A stretch of 64,000 nucleotides of DNA, from assembly GCA_965214405.1 (NCBI GenBank), contig OZ243956.1:1664001-1728000 (forward strand), read 5' to 3'. The notes under the pieces are model-generated. The model searched no databases and was not told the DNA's origin. It saw only the letters and a program-made list of their open reading frames with translations. Below are positions 1 to 9,105 of the stretch, in pieces (position 1 is the stretch's first letter; each line of letters opens with the position of its first letter). A program made the translations under genes and the position numbers. This stretch comes from Trueperaceae bacterium. GTDB lineage: Bacteria > Deinococcota > Deinococci > Deinococcales > Trueperaceae.

Positions 1-1859
1 TGTATCAACTCTTCGTCCGCCTCTACGGCACCAACAACCTGCCCGACTGCTCGAACATGTGCCATGAATCGTCGGGCACGGCGCTGTCGGAAACCTTGGG
101 CCTGGGCAAGGGCTCGGTCACGCTGAACGACTTTTACGAAACCGACCTCATCGTGATTATCGGCCAGAACCCCGGCACCAACCACCCGCGCATGTTGAGC
201 GCCCTGGAGCGAGGCAAAAAGAACGGCGCAAAAATCGTCTCCATCAACCCGCTGCCCGAGGCGGGGCTGATGGCCTTTAAGAACCCGCAGGACTTCATGA
301 ACCCGCTCAAGGCCGTCCCGACCCTCTTCGGCCCCGGCACGCAGCTCTCCGACCTCTTTTTGCCCGTGCGCATCGGCGGGGACGTGCCGCTCCTCAAGGG
401 CGTTATGAAAGAGCTTTTGGCGGAGGAAGAGAAGCGTCCGGGCGAGGTGTTCGACCACAAGTTTATCGAGGAGAAAACGGAAGGGTTCGACACCTTTTTG
501 GACGACCTGCGCGCCGAGAGCTGGGACAAAATCGTCCAGGAGAGCGGCATCACCCGCGAGGGCATCCGCGCCGCGGCTGAACTCGTCATGGGAAATAAGC
601 GCATGATTATCTGCTGGGCGATGGGCTTGACGCAGCACAAAAACGCGGTGGGCGCGATTCAGGAAGTTGTCAATTTACTCCTCTTGCGCGGCTCCATCGG
701 CAAACCCGGCGCGGGCACCTGCCCGGTGCGCGGGCACTCAAACGTGCAGGGCGACAGGACGATGGGGATTTGGGAGCGACCCAAGGAGGGTTTCTTGGAC
801 GCGCTCGCTCAAGAATTTGACTTTGAACCCCCTCGAGCGCACGGCTACGACACCGTCGAAGCCATCAAGGCAATGTTTGAGGGCAAAGCCAAGGTCTTCT
901 TTGCGATGGGCGGCAACTTCTTGTCCGCCACGCCTGACACCGAATACACTGCGGAGGCCCTGGAGCGTTGCCGCTTGACCGTCCACGTCTCGACCAAGCC
1001 CAACCGCGCGCACCTCGTCCACGGCGACGAGGCGCTGATTCTCCCCTGCTTAGTCCGCAGCGAGGTCGATGTGCAGGCGGCGGGGCCGCAGTTCGTCTCG
1101 GTCGAGAATTCGATGGGCGTCGTTCACGACTCGCAGGGCATCCTGCCGCCCGCGTCCGAGCACCTTTTAAGCGAACCCGCCATCGTCGCGGGACTTGCCA
1201 AGGCGACCCTGGGCGCGCGTTCGGCGGTGGATTGGGACGGTCTTGTCGCCGACTACGGGCGCATCCGCGACGCTATCGAGAGGACCATCCCCGGTTTTGA
1301 CGATTACAATGCGAGGGTCCGCGGCGCGGGCTTCTATTTGCCCAACGGGCCGCGCGAGGGGGAGTTCACCACCGACACGGGCAAGGCGAAGTTTACCGTG
1401 CATGAGATTCCGGAGAGTAGCCTCGAGCCCGACCAGTTCGTGATGATGACCATCCGCTCGCACGACCAGTTCAACACGGTTGTCTACGGCTTAGATGATC
1501 GCTACCGCGGCATCAAGGGCGAGCGCCGCGTCGTTCTGATGAACCCGGAAGACATGAACGAAATGGGCGTCAAAGACGGCGACGTGCTCGACTTGACGAG
1601 CCACTTCGAAGGCGAAGAGCGCGTGGCAAAACGTTTTATCGCGCTGCCCTACGCCATCCCGCGCCGCTGCACCGCGACCTACTTCCCCGAGGCCAACGTG
1701 CTCGTGCCCATCGGCAGCGTGGCCGAGGGGAGCAATACGCCGGTCTCGAAGTACGTCGTGATTACCGTAGCGCCGTCGGCCTCTTCTGAAGTGTTCGACT
1801 ACAACTTCAAGGACGGGCGGCAAGAGGAGCGCGCATCTACCGCTCGAGCACAAACCTAA
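1..1859 (+). CDS. FdhF/YdeP family molybdopterin oxidoreductase (5'-truncated by the window edge)
   Basis: Frame is open from the window start (YQLFVRLYGTNNLPDCSNMCHESSG); motifs GQNPGTNHPRML, PVRGHSNVQGDRTMG and TIRSHDQFNT are typical of the family. Confidence 0.9.
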   Translation, partial: YQLFVRLYGTNNLPDCSNMCHESSGTALSETLGLGKGSVTLNDFYETDLIVIIGQNPGTNHPRMLSALERGKKNGAKIVSINPLPEAGLMAFKNPQDFMNPLKAVPTLFGPGTQLSDLFLPVRIGGDVPLLKGVMKELLAEEEKRPGEVFDHKFIEEKTEGFDTFLDDLRAESWDKIVQESGITREGIRAAAELVMGNKRMIICWAMGLTQHKNAVGAIQEVVNLLLLRGSIGKPGAGTCPVRGHSNVQGDRTMGIWERPKEGFLDALAQEFDFEPPRAHGYDTVEAIKAMFEGKAKVFFAMGGNFLSATPDTEYTAEALERCRLTVHVSTKPNRAHLVHGDEALILPCLVRSEVDVQAAGPQFVSVENSMGVVHDSQGILPPASEHLLSEPAIVAGLAKATLGARSAVDWDGLVADYGRIRDAIERTIPGFDDYNARVRGAGFYLPNGPREGEFTTDTGKAKFTVHEIPESSLEPDQFVMMTIRSHDQFNTVVYGLDDRYRGIKGERRVVLMNPEDMNEMGVKDGDVLDLTSHFEGEERVAKRFIALPYAIPRRCTATYFPEANVLVPIGSVAEGSNTPVSKYVVITVAPSASSEVFDYNFKDGRQEERASTARAQT

Positions 1860-1888
1860 GCGGTAAGCGTAACCCAAAAAACTGTCTT

Positions 1889-2131
1889 TTACGGCTGCGG
1901 ATTTTGCCCCGCCACCCAACGCCCGTCCTCGCCTCCCGTCCAATAATGCTCGCCGCCGGGGTAGCTTTGGAGCGTCTCGAGCACCCGCTCCAGCGGGATG
2001 CGGTAGGCGAAGCGCGTTTTTAGGTACCAGGGCTCGAGCCCCACCCTCACCCCTTCCCTCTCTAAACCCAAGCGCCTTGAATAAACAAGCGCGCGGTTTA
2101 CGGCCAGGTCAAAAAGGGGCGCGTGGGCCAT
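1889..2131 (-). CDS. small hypothetical protein
   Basis: 80-aa ORF filling the gap between genes; protein-like composition; start uncertain. Confidence 0.55.
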   Translation of the reverse strand: MAHAPLFDLAVNRALVYSRRLGLEREGVRVGLEPWYLKTRFAYRIPLERVLETLQSYPGGEHYWTGGEDGRWVAGQNPQP

Positions 2132-2551
2132 ACATTTTCATACCAGATTGGGAAAGGCAAGAGCTATACTCGGCGGGTGCTCACTGCTCTCAAGCACCGC
2201 GCCAAGGCGCTAAAACAGGAGGTGCTGGCGCTCTCTTTCGCCTATCGTCATCCCCAAACACCTTGGGTTGCCAGACTTGTGGTCGCGGGCGTGGTCGCCT
2301 ATGCGCTCTCGCCCATTGACCTCATTCCCGACTTTATCCCCGTGCTGGGGCTTCTGGACGACCTCATCTTGTTGCCCGCCGGGATCGCGCTGGCGCTGCG
2401 GCTCATCCCGGCTTCTGTCATGGCCGAGAGCCGAGAGCAGGCGGCGGGGGCGGAGAAGTCACAGAGTTGGTTTGGGGCCGGGGTGGTTTTCGCCGTCTGG
2501 CTACTGGTGCTGTGGCTGCTGTGGCGTTTGGTCCGTAGACTCTTCCTGTAA
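2123..2551 (+). CDS. YkvA/DUF1232 family membrane protein
   Basis: YALSPIDLIPDFIPVLGLLDD signature; true start may be further downstream. Confidence 0.9.
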   Translation: MGHTFSYQIGKGKSYTRRVLTALKHRAKALKQEVLALSFAYRHPQTPWVARLVVAGVVAYALSPIDLIPDFIPVLGLLDDLILLPAGIALALRLIPASVMAESREQAAGAEKSQSWFGAGVVFAVWLLVLWLLWRLVRRLFL

Positions 2552-2553
2552 CG

Positions 2554-3234
2554 TCAGCCCATTCGCTCACCGGGGGCGGGCGTGCCCGCGACGAACTGCG
2601 CCGCCTCGCCGGAGAGGTGGTCGCACGCGGCCCAGCGAACAAGCGTGAGGTGGGGCTCGCCGTTTTGAAGCGTGGCGTCAAGTTCGCTCACTGCACAATT
2701 GTGGTGGGCGGCGCTGCGCAGGGTGTTGACATCTACGCCGTTGCATAAACTTTTGAGCGGGAGAGTCAGGCTGCCGCCGTGGGCGACGATGACCAGCGTT
2801 TGCCCGTCCCGGTCTCGTAATACTTCCTTGTAGCCCTCTCGCACCCGCTCGAGCAACCCCTCATAACTCTCCCCTTCAGGAAAACGCGAATGATGCTCAC
2901 CTTCCCACCAACCCCGGACGATGTCGTTGTGGAGGAGCCAGTTTTCCGGCGTGGGCAGCTCCCTTTCCAAGCGTCCCACGTCCACCTCGCGGAAGGACTC
3001 GAGCACGCTCAACGGTGCCCCCGTCGCCGTAGCGATGGCCTCAGCGGTTTCGCGGGCGCGTTTGAGAGGGGAGGAAAACACGTGATGGACACCCTTGTCC
3101 AAGAAATAAGTGGCAGTCCCCCGCGCTTGCAGCACCCCCTTGGGTGTCAGCGAGTAGTCCACCAGCCGGTGCGAAAACTCCTTGGTGAGGTTCGCCCGGT
3201 TCTCGCCGTGCCGGACCAGAAAAAGCCGTGTCAT
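2554..3234 (-). CDS. histidine phosphatase (phosphoglycerate mutase-like) family protein
   Basis: LVRHGE, SSPLKRARETA and IVAHGG motifs; ATG at 3234 lies just after the tyrA stop. Confidence 0.9.
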   Translation of the reverse strand: MTRLFLVRHGENRANLTKEFSHRLVDYSLTPKGVLQARGTATYFLDKGVHHVFSSPLKRARETAEAIATATGAPLSVLESFREVDVGRLERELPTPENWLLHNDIVRGWWEGEHHSRFPEGESYEGLLERVREGYKEVLRDRDGQTLVIVAHGGSLTLPLKSLCNGVDVNTLRSAAHHNCAVSELDATLQNGEPHLTLVRWAACDHLSGEAAQFVAGTPAPGERMG

Positions 3235-3238
3235 GCTC

Positions 3239-4327
3239 TTAACCCCGCCCCCGCGCCTCATATCCCGCCTCGGTGAGCGCGCGCGTGCCCTCTCTGAGCT
3301 GCGCCTCGTCGTTAAAGGCGAGCCGCACCGCGCCCCCCGCCTCGCGGATGCCCAGGACCTCGATGTCTCTAATGTTGACGCCCGCCTCGCCCAAGGCTCT
3401 GGTGATTTTGGCGAGTTCGCCCGGCCTGTCGGGCACCGCAATCACGACCTCGAAGCGGGCGGGCAACAGCGAGCGCCGGACGATGGGGAAGGAGTCGCGG
3501 CTCCGTTTGGCGGTCTCGGCGTGCTCGAGCAGCCTCTCAGGCTCCTCCAACGCCCCCTCTAACACATCAAGCTGATGCCGAAGCCCGGCCAACGCCTCCC
3601 GCACCGCCGCCTTGTTGCCCGCCACCATGTCCCGGCTCATGCGCGGGCTCCCCGACGCCACGCGGGTAAGGTCACGAAAGCCCCCCGCCGCGAGCAGCAT
3701 CATCGGGTCGCGGTCCTGGTCCCCCGCCACGAGCCGCGTGAGCGCCACCGCGGTGAGGTAGGGCACGTGGCTCACCGCGGCCACCAGGCGGTCGTGCTGC
3801 TCGGGGCTCGTCTGGATGGGCCGCGCGCCCAAGTGCTCGACAAAGGCGCGTACTTTTTCCAGCGCCTCCGGGTCCGTCGTCTCGTCCGGGGTGAGGACCC
3901 ACACGGCGTTTTCTAGAAGCGCCGCGTCGGCGTTCTGCACCCCCACGCGCTCGCTGCCCGCCATCGGGTGACCCCCGACGAAGCGGAGGCCGACGAGCGA
4001 CTTTACGACGCTCTCTTTCACGCCGCCCACGTCGGTGATGATGGTTTGCTCGTTCAGAAAAGGTTTCAAGCTTTCAGCGGAGGCCACGAGCGTTTGCGCG
4101 GGCGAGGCGAGCACGACGAGGTCTGCGCTTTCCAACCACGGACCGGGCCGGAGCTGCGCCTCGTCAATGACGCCCATGCCGACGGCGGCCTCCAAGGCCA
4201 CCGGGTCTAAATCAAACCCGACAACTCGGTCGGCTAAAAAACGCTGCCGCACGCCCAGCCCAACGGAGCCGCCAATTAGCCCGACGCCCGCGATAACGAT
4301 GGTGTTGAAAAGTGGAGAGGGTCGCAT
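3239..4327 (-). CDS. tyrA: prephenate/arogenate dehydrogenase with C-terminal ACT domain
   Basis: GVGLIGGS, GGHPMAGSE, HDRLVAAVSHVP, GGFRDLTRVA; ACT motif VPDRPGELA. Confidence 0.92.
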   Translation of the reverse strand: MRPSPLFNTIVIAGVGLIGGSVGLGVRQRFLADRVVGFDLDPVALEAAVGMGVIDEAQLRPGPWLESADLVVLASPAQTLVASAESLKPFLNEQTIITDVGGVKESVVKSLVGLRFVGGHPMAGSERVGVQNADAALLENAVWVLTPDETTDPEALEKVRAFVEHLGARPIQTSPEQHDRLVAAVSHVPYLTAVALTRLVAGDQDRDPMMLLAAGGFRDLTRVASGSPRMSRDMVAGNKAAVREALAGLRHQLDVLEGALEEPERLLEHAETAKRSRDSFPIVRRSLLPARFEVVIAVPDRPGELAKITRALGEAGVNIRDIEVLGIREAGGAVRLAFNDEAQLREGTRALTEAGYEARGRG

Positions 4328-4614
4328 AAAAGATAGTGAGGCGGGGCCGTCTCGGCTCCCAATCCAAAGTTTAACTTACAACGTTTGGCCGGATACGCCA
4401 AGGGTGACGCGAATGATGCGACTGTGAAAATTCGTCCTCAACAGGGTCGAGTGACCCTACGAGATGATGAAAACAAGGGGATGTGACCGCCTCGAGCCCC
4501 ACCCCCCCAACCCGTGCTAACGTCTAATGAATCAGACGCTGCACCAGACGAAAAAGTTGCCGGTCTCCCGAGCGCCAAAAGAAGTTTGAACCGCTAGTAA
4601 AGATTTTCACGCCC

Positions 4615-5568
4615 TTGACCCCATCCTCTACCCACCACTACAGCTTCCACGGCGTAACTATAAGTGTTTGCGCCAACGACGAAGGCCTGTTAGGGGCGTT
4701 GCGGGCGCGGCTCGAGCCCTTCGCCACCCCTCCCAAAACACCCACTCTCACCTTCGCCTTTACTTGCGTCACGGAGCATCACCGGGTGCAGAAGCCTTCC
4801 GGCCCCTCTCGGCCCGTTTACGACGCGCCGGAAGGTGACGTGCTCTATTTTGAGGGTGCTGAGGGTGGTGCGCTTTACATCGATGTGTGCGGACGGGTGC
4901 GGGTCCTATGCAAATCCTTGGGCGGTCACACAGAGGTTTCTTACCTGCCCTCACAGCGGGACAACCTCTGGCTTCTGTCGCGCCCCATGTTCACGCTGCC
5001 CTTTATCGAAACGCTCAAACGCCGCGGGCTCTACAACCTGCACGCCGCCGGACTCTGTAAAGGAAAACGGGCGCTGCTCTTGCCGGGCTCGAGCGGCTCC
5101 GGCAAATCCACTCTTACACTCGCGCTGCTCCGCGCCGGGTGGGGGTTGATGAGCGACGACATGGTGTTTTTGAAAGGAGGCTCGCGTGTGCTCGCTTTTC
5201 CCGACGAGATTGATTTCACCGAGAGAACGGCGCACCTGCTCGAGCTTTCACCCCAACGCAAACTTTCCGGCGGGGAGAAATATCAACTTTCCGCGGGAAC
5301 GTTAGGGGCGGGCGTCATCCTGGAGAGCGAACCGGCGGCGCTCGTTTTTCCGCGTATTGCCCACACCGAGAAGAGCACGCTGCACCCTGTAACGCGAGAC
5401 GAGGCGCTGCTCGAGCTCCTCCCCAACGTCTTGCTCACCGAAGCGAAGGCGTCGCAGGCCCACGTGGACGCGTTAGGGGCGCTCGTCGCGGCGTGCCCCG
5501 CTTACCGTTTAGAGACCGGGCGCGATTTTGAACGGCTGCCCACGCTGCTCGAGCAACTTATAACGTGA
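4615..5568 (+). CDS. HPr-kinase-like P-loop kinase (lasso/RiPP-cluster type)
   Basis: LHAAG...LLPGSSGSGKST...LMSDDMV matches the HprK-related C-terminal kinase pattern; overlaps the downstream nucleotidyltransferase by 4 nt. Confidence 0.8.
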   Translation: MTPSSTHHYSFHGVTISVCANDEGLLGALRARLEPFATPPKTPTLTFAFTCVTEHHRVQKPSGPSRPVYDAPEGDVLYFEGAEGGALYIDVCGRVRVLCKSLGGHTEVSYLPSQRDNLWLLSRPMFTLPFIETLKRRGLYNLHAAGLCKGKRALLLPGSSGSGKSTLTLALLRAGWGLMSDDMVFLKGGSRVLAFPDEIDFTERTAHLLELSPQRKLSGGEKYQLSAGTLGAGVILESEPAALVFPRIAHTEKSTLHPVTRDEALLELLPNVLLTEAKASQAHVDALGALVAACPAYRLETGRDFERLPTLLEQLIT

Positions 5569-6689
5569 AGCAGGTTGTGATGCAGACACCCATCCTTGAC
5601 ACTCCCGCGTTTATTCGCAACGCCACCTTCCGTCCCGAAGAAACGCTGCTCATCCTCGGTGCGCGTACCCGTTTGGACGAGGCGAGCGCCGCGCATGTGA
5701 ACGCGCTCTTGCATGAAGACTTAGATTGGGACTACCTGCTCCGCATGGCCTTTCAGCACTCCGTCGTGCCGCTTCTTCACAAAACCCTCCTGCCCGCCTA
5801 TAAGGACCTCCTGCCCAAACCCTTTGCAGACGAACTCCGCGCCTACTTCCACGGCAACGCGCTACGCAACATGGTCTTGACGCGCGAACTGTTGGCGCTT
5901 GTGGGCGGGCTCGAGACCCTCGGCGTCCCCTCTCTGCCGTTCAAGGGTCCCGCGCTGGCCGTGACGGCCTACGGCGACCTGTCGCTGCGCCAGTTCGGCG
6001 ATTTGGACCTGCTCGTTCAAAAGGAGCATCTGGAGAAAGCGGAGGCGTTTTTGTATGGCAGGGGCTACCGCTCGAGAGAAACGCACGGTAACGCGCTTCT
6101 CAAACGTGCGCGCGTCTTCTTGCGCGGCTACCACCTCAAGTTGGAAAAGGGGGACGGGCAAGTGTTGCTCGAGCCCCACTGGCACGTCGAGGGGCGGCAT
6201 CTCGGGTTTCGCTTTGACATAGAAGATTTGTGGCGTCGTCTTCAGAGGGTGGAGTTAGGAGGCCGCGAGGTGAACGCCATACCGCCCGAAGACCTGCTCC
6301 TCATCCTTTGCGTTCACGGCTCGAGGCACCTGTGGCGGCGCTTGTCCTGGATGGCGGATGTGGCCGAACTCGTGCGCCAAACCGAATTTGATTGGGGCCG
6401 GGTTTTGGAAGAGGCCGAAAAGACGAGGAGCCGCCGGATGCTCTTTTTGGGCCTCCTGCTCGCGCAAGGCGTGCTCGGCGCGGCGCTCCCGCCGGACGTG
6501 ACGGCGCGGGCGCAAGCCGACCCCGTGCGCGACCTCGTCCCCGGTATTCTTCGCGGCCTCTTCGCGCCGCCCGAGCCGACGCCGGAAGGCGAGAAGTACG
6601 CGTTTTACCTCCGGCTGCACGACCGCCCGCGCGACAAGGGCTTGCTTTATCTCTACTACTACACCCGCTGGCTGCCGGTGCGGTTGTAA
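5565..6689 (+). CDS. nucleotidyltransferase family protein (NTP_transf_5 type)
   Basis: FKGPALA...Y...LRQFGDLDLLV, EPHW, LCVHGSRHLW.RL.W.AD motifs. Confidence 0.88.
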   Translation: MKQVVMQTPILDTPAFIRNATFRPEETLLILGARTRLDEASAAHVNALLHEDLDWDYLLRMAFQHSVVPLLHKTLLPAYKDLLPKPFADELRAYFHGNALRNMVLTRELLALVGGLETLGVPSLPFKGPALAVTAYGDLSLRQFGDLDLLVQKEHLEKAEAFLYGRGYRSRETHGNALLKRARVFLRGYHLKLEKGDGQVLLEPHWHVEGRHLGFRFDIEDLWRRLQRVELGGREVNAIPPEDLLLILCVHGSRHLWRRLSWMADVAELVRQTEFDWGRVLEEAEKTRSRRMLFLGLLLAQGVLGAALPPDVTARAQADPVRDLVPGILRGLFAPPEPTPEGEKYAFYLRLHDRPRDKGLLYLYYYTRWLPVRL

Positions 6690-7170
6690 GCCCTCTTCTG
6701 TGAGATATTTTGAGGCGCGCTTGGGCTCGAGCCCTCCCACACCGAGTTTTTACACACCGAGTTTTTACATCATGTCCTTGTTGAGATGGTTGCGCCGTTT
6801 CCTAAAAGGCGCGCGAGGCGGGGCCTTAAAAATTACGTTTGAGAAAAGTCACACCCTCAAAAGTACGAAATTTCATAGACAGCAACATCCAAAGTTGAAC
6901 CGCGCGTGTAAGGCTTTCACAAGGGCCTTATGCCGAACCAGCCAGCGCCATACAAAGAGGATAGTGCCGCGCGGCTCTGTATGTGGCTACTGCGCACGCC
7001 GTCAGCCGCAGCGTCACAGAGAGCGTCAAGTGGCGCGACGTGCGCGTTAGCGAGGGGGTCCATCCGCCAAGGAGGTGAGACGCGGTTACAGGTTTGGGGA
7101 GTGCATCAGACGTTTTGGGAAGTCGATCGTCAGTCGGAAACTTAAAGAAAGTTTAGAGAGAAAGGAAACT

Positions 7171-8100
7171 ATGGACCTGCAAAAGCTTATGAGTACCAGA
7201 GTCAACCGCCGGAGGCTGTTAAGCAATCTCGGCATGATGGGCGCGGGCGCGGCGCTGACCGCCTGCGGGCCGCAGCTTCTCGCGCAGCCGCCGGAAGTGG
7301 ACCCCGTAGAAGTTGATTTAGCCATCCTCAACTTCGCGCTCAACCTAGAGTATTTAGAGGCCGAATACTACCTTCGCGGCGTGTTCGGGGAGGGCCTAGA
7401 GGAGCGCGGCGTGGACGTGGGCGGCGCGGCAGCCGGTCCGGTCACGGGCGGCAGGAAGCTCGACTTCAGGAGCCAAAGAAACCTCCAGAACGCCACCGAA
7501 ATCGCGCTCGACGAGGAGGCGCACGTCAAGTTCTTGCAGGGCGTCATCAACTCGATTGACCCGAGCGCGCTGGCCCCTCGCCCCGCCATCAACTTCACCG
7601 ACGCCTTTAACGCGGTGGGCGCGGCTGGAGGTCTATCCGCCTTCGACCCGTTCTCGAGCGACATCAACTTCATCCTCGGTGCCTTTGTCTTTGAAGACGT
7701 GGGCGTGACCGCCTACAACGGCGCGGCCCCGCTTATCTCCAACAAGGCGTACTTAGGCGCGGCGGCGAGCATCCTCGCGGTCGAGGCGTACCACGCAGGC
7801 GACGTTCGCAACGTGCTCTTTAACTTAGACGGCCCCACAGGCGACTTCGCGCGCACCGTCGCCGACGCCATCTCGGACGCCCGCGACGAGCTCGCCGGTC
7901 CCGACGACGACGACCAGCCCCCGGTCCACGAGAATCCCTTCGGCACGATTGCCAACGTGACCCCGACCGACGGCAACGCCCTCGTCTTTGCCCGCACGCC
8001 GCGCCAGGTGCTCAACATCGTTTACCTCTCGGCGGGTGCCAGCTCGGGCGGCTTCTTCCCCAACGGCGTCGCTGGCGACTTCTCGGCGCTCGGCCTCTAA
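7171..8100 (+). CDS. ferritin-like domain protein (desiccation-related PCC13-62 type), probable Tat-exported lipoprotein
   Basis: NRRRLL twin-arginine motif followed by LTAC lipobox; ILNFALNLEYLEAEYY, DEEAHV, FEDVGVTAYNGAA, VEAYHAG, GGFFPNG; AAAGGA RBS. Confidence 0.88.
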   Translation: MDLQKLMSTRVNRRRLLSNLGMMGAGAALTACGPQLLAQPPEVDPVEVDLAILNFALNLEYLEAEYYLRGVFGEGLEERGVDVGGAAAGPVTGGRKLDFRSQRNLQNATEIALDEEAHVKFLQGVINSIDPSALAPRPAINFTDAFNAVGAAGGLSAFDPFSSDINFILGAFVFEDVGVTAYNGAAPLISNKAYLGAAASILAVEAYHAGDVRNVLFNLDGPTGDFARTVADAISDARDELAGPDDDDQPPVHENPFGTIANVTPTDGNALVFARTPRQVLNIVYLSAGASSGGFFPNGVAGDFSALGL

Positions 8101-8169
8101 GCCGTCATCAAGGTATTCTGGGGACGTTCGTAAAGCCAGTCTTACCAAGTTCTTGCCTGGAGGGTATGA

Positions 8170-8244
8170 ATGAAAAAGGTCTACCGTAAGCCGCAACTCA
8201 AAAAGCTGGGTTTGTTGAGAAAGCTGACGAAGTTTTCCTTCTAA
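8170..8244 (+). CDS. lasso-type RiPP precursor peptide, 24 aa: MKKVYRKPQLKKLGLLRKLTKFSF (not in the ORF track)
   Basis: Translated by hand. GGAGGG RBS at 8159-8164; leader carries YxxPxL (YRKPQL), a Gly and a Thr at -2 (LTK|FSF); followed by a terminator; adjacent to B2 and RRE genes. Confidence 0.8.
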   Translation: MKKVYRKPQLKKLGLLRKLTKFSF

Positions 8245-8263
8245 TTTAGAAGACAATAACCGA

Positions 8264-8300
8264 ACGGGAGACTGGTTTTGCTGGTCTCCCGTATTTATTT
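8264..8300 (+). terminator. hairpin terminator between the precursor and the convergent B2 gene
   Basis: ACGGGAGAC(TGG)...(CTG)GTCTCCCGT stem followed by ATTTATTT. Confidence 0.7.
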
Positions 8301-8315
8301 ACCGCTGAGGCTGTT

Positions 8316-8741
8316 TTAGGCTCGAGCAGGAAAGCGGTAGATTTCCTCGAAGGTAAAACTGGAGGTTTTCTCGAGATACGGCTCGCCGTCCCTAGCAAGC
8401 CAGCAGTGTCCAGCAAATGCACCCTCGGGGCTGCCCGTCCCAAAGCAGAGCGCCACGTCCACCCCCGCGCGCCTGAGAAAATAGAAGAGCGTGAGCCCCC
8501 TCGCCAAACAGTCGCGGCGGGCCAGGGGTGCCCGCCCAAGCACCGCCTCCGCGTAACTCACGACTTTTTGCGCCCGTTCCGGACGGTGGGGCGCGTTTAT
8601 TCGCGTGTCAAGCTTAGGGAGGAGCGTCGGCAGGGGCACCCGGCTGAGTAAGGGCACGGCGGCGGCGAAAAGATAGATACGCAGCAGCAAGAACGCGTCG
8701 CCCGGCGTGCGCAGCTTCTCGAGTTCCCTAAAGCGCCGCAT
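8316..8741 (-). CDS. lasso peptide biosynthesis B2 protein (transglutaminase-like leader peptidase)
   Basis: DCLARGLTLFYFLRRAG...FG...FAGHCWL..DG.P.LE contains the Cys/His catalytic pattern; start overlaps the PqqD stop. Confidence 0.88.
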   Translation of the reverse strand: MRRFRELEKLRTPGDAFLLLRIYLFAAAVPLLSRVPLPTLLPKLDTRINAPHRPERAQKVVSYAEAVLGRAPLARRDCLARGLTLFYFLRRAGVDVALCFGTGSPEGAFAGHCWLARDGEPYLEKTSSFTFEEIYRFPARA

Positions 8742-9006
8742 CGACCAGGAGGTCCGCACCCGAAAGCTCCTCGAGAATCTCGGTCACGTCCGCCTCGAGC
8801 GTTTCGCGCGGCGCGTCGTATTCACTGCAAAGCACGGTGACGATGTCGTTCAAGGTTCTCGAGCCGTCGCACAGCTCCCACACCCGCCCCCCCACCTCGT
8901 TAAGCGCGTAATACTGCCCGTCTTTTAAGTTAAGGAGCACCACCGTCTCATCGGCGTCTTGCTTGAGGATGTCGTCTTTGCGTTTGGGGTGCGCGTCAGC
9001 GTTCAC
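8728..9006 (-). CDS. PqqD family RiPP recognition element (lasso B1 type)
   Basis: DETVVLLNLKDGQYYALNEVGGRVWELCDG...LCSEYDA....EADV..LEEL; GGAGG RBS. Confidence 0.92.
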   Translation of the reverse strand: MNADAHPKRKDDILKQDADETVVLLNLKDGQYYALNEVGGRVWELCDGSRTLNDIVTVLCSEYDAPRETLEADVTEILEELSGADLLVDAAL

Positions 9007-9105
9007 GTGAAGCCTCCAGCTACTTTTACCGTCTTCTCTCGAGTCTGGATGTGCAAAGTCTCACGAGGTTCGAGGGATGAACCCGCATCCGTTGGCGGTC
9101 ACGGG

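Noticed and set aside
4464..4590. Short ORFs upstream of the RiPP kinase (MMKTRGCDRLEPHPPNPC; MNQTLHQTKKLPVSRAPKEV) as alternative precursors
   Set aside because: No YxxPxL motif, no Thr(-2) arrangement and no clear RBS
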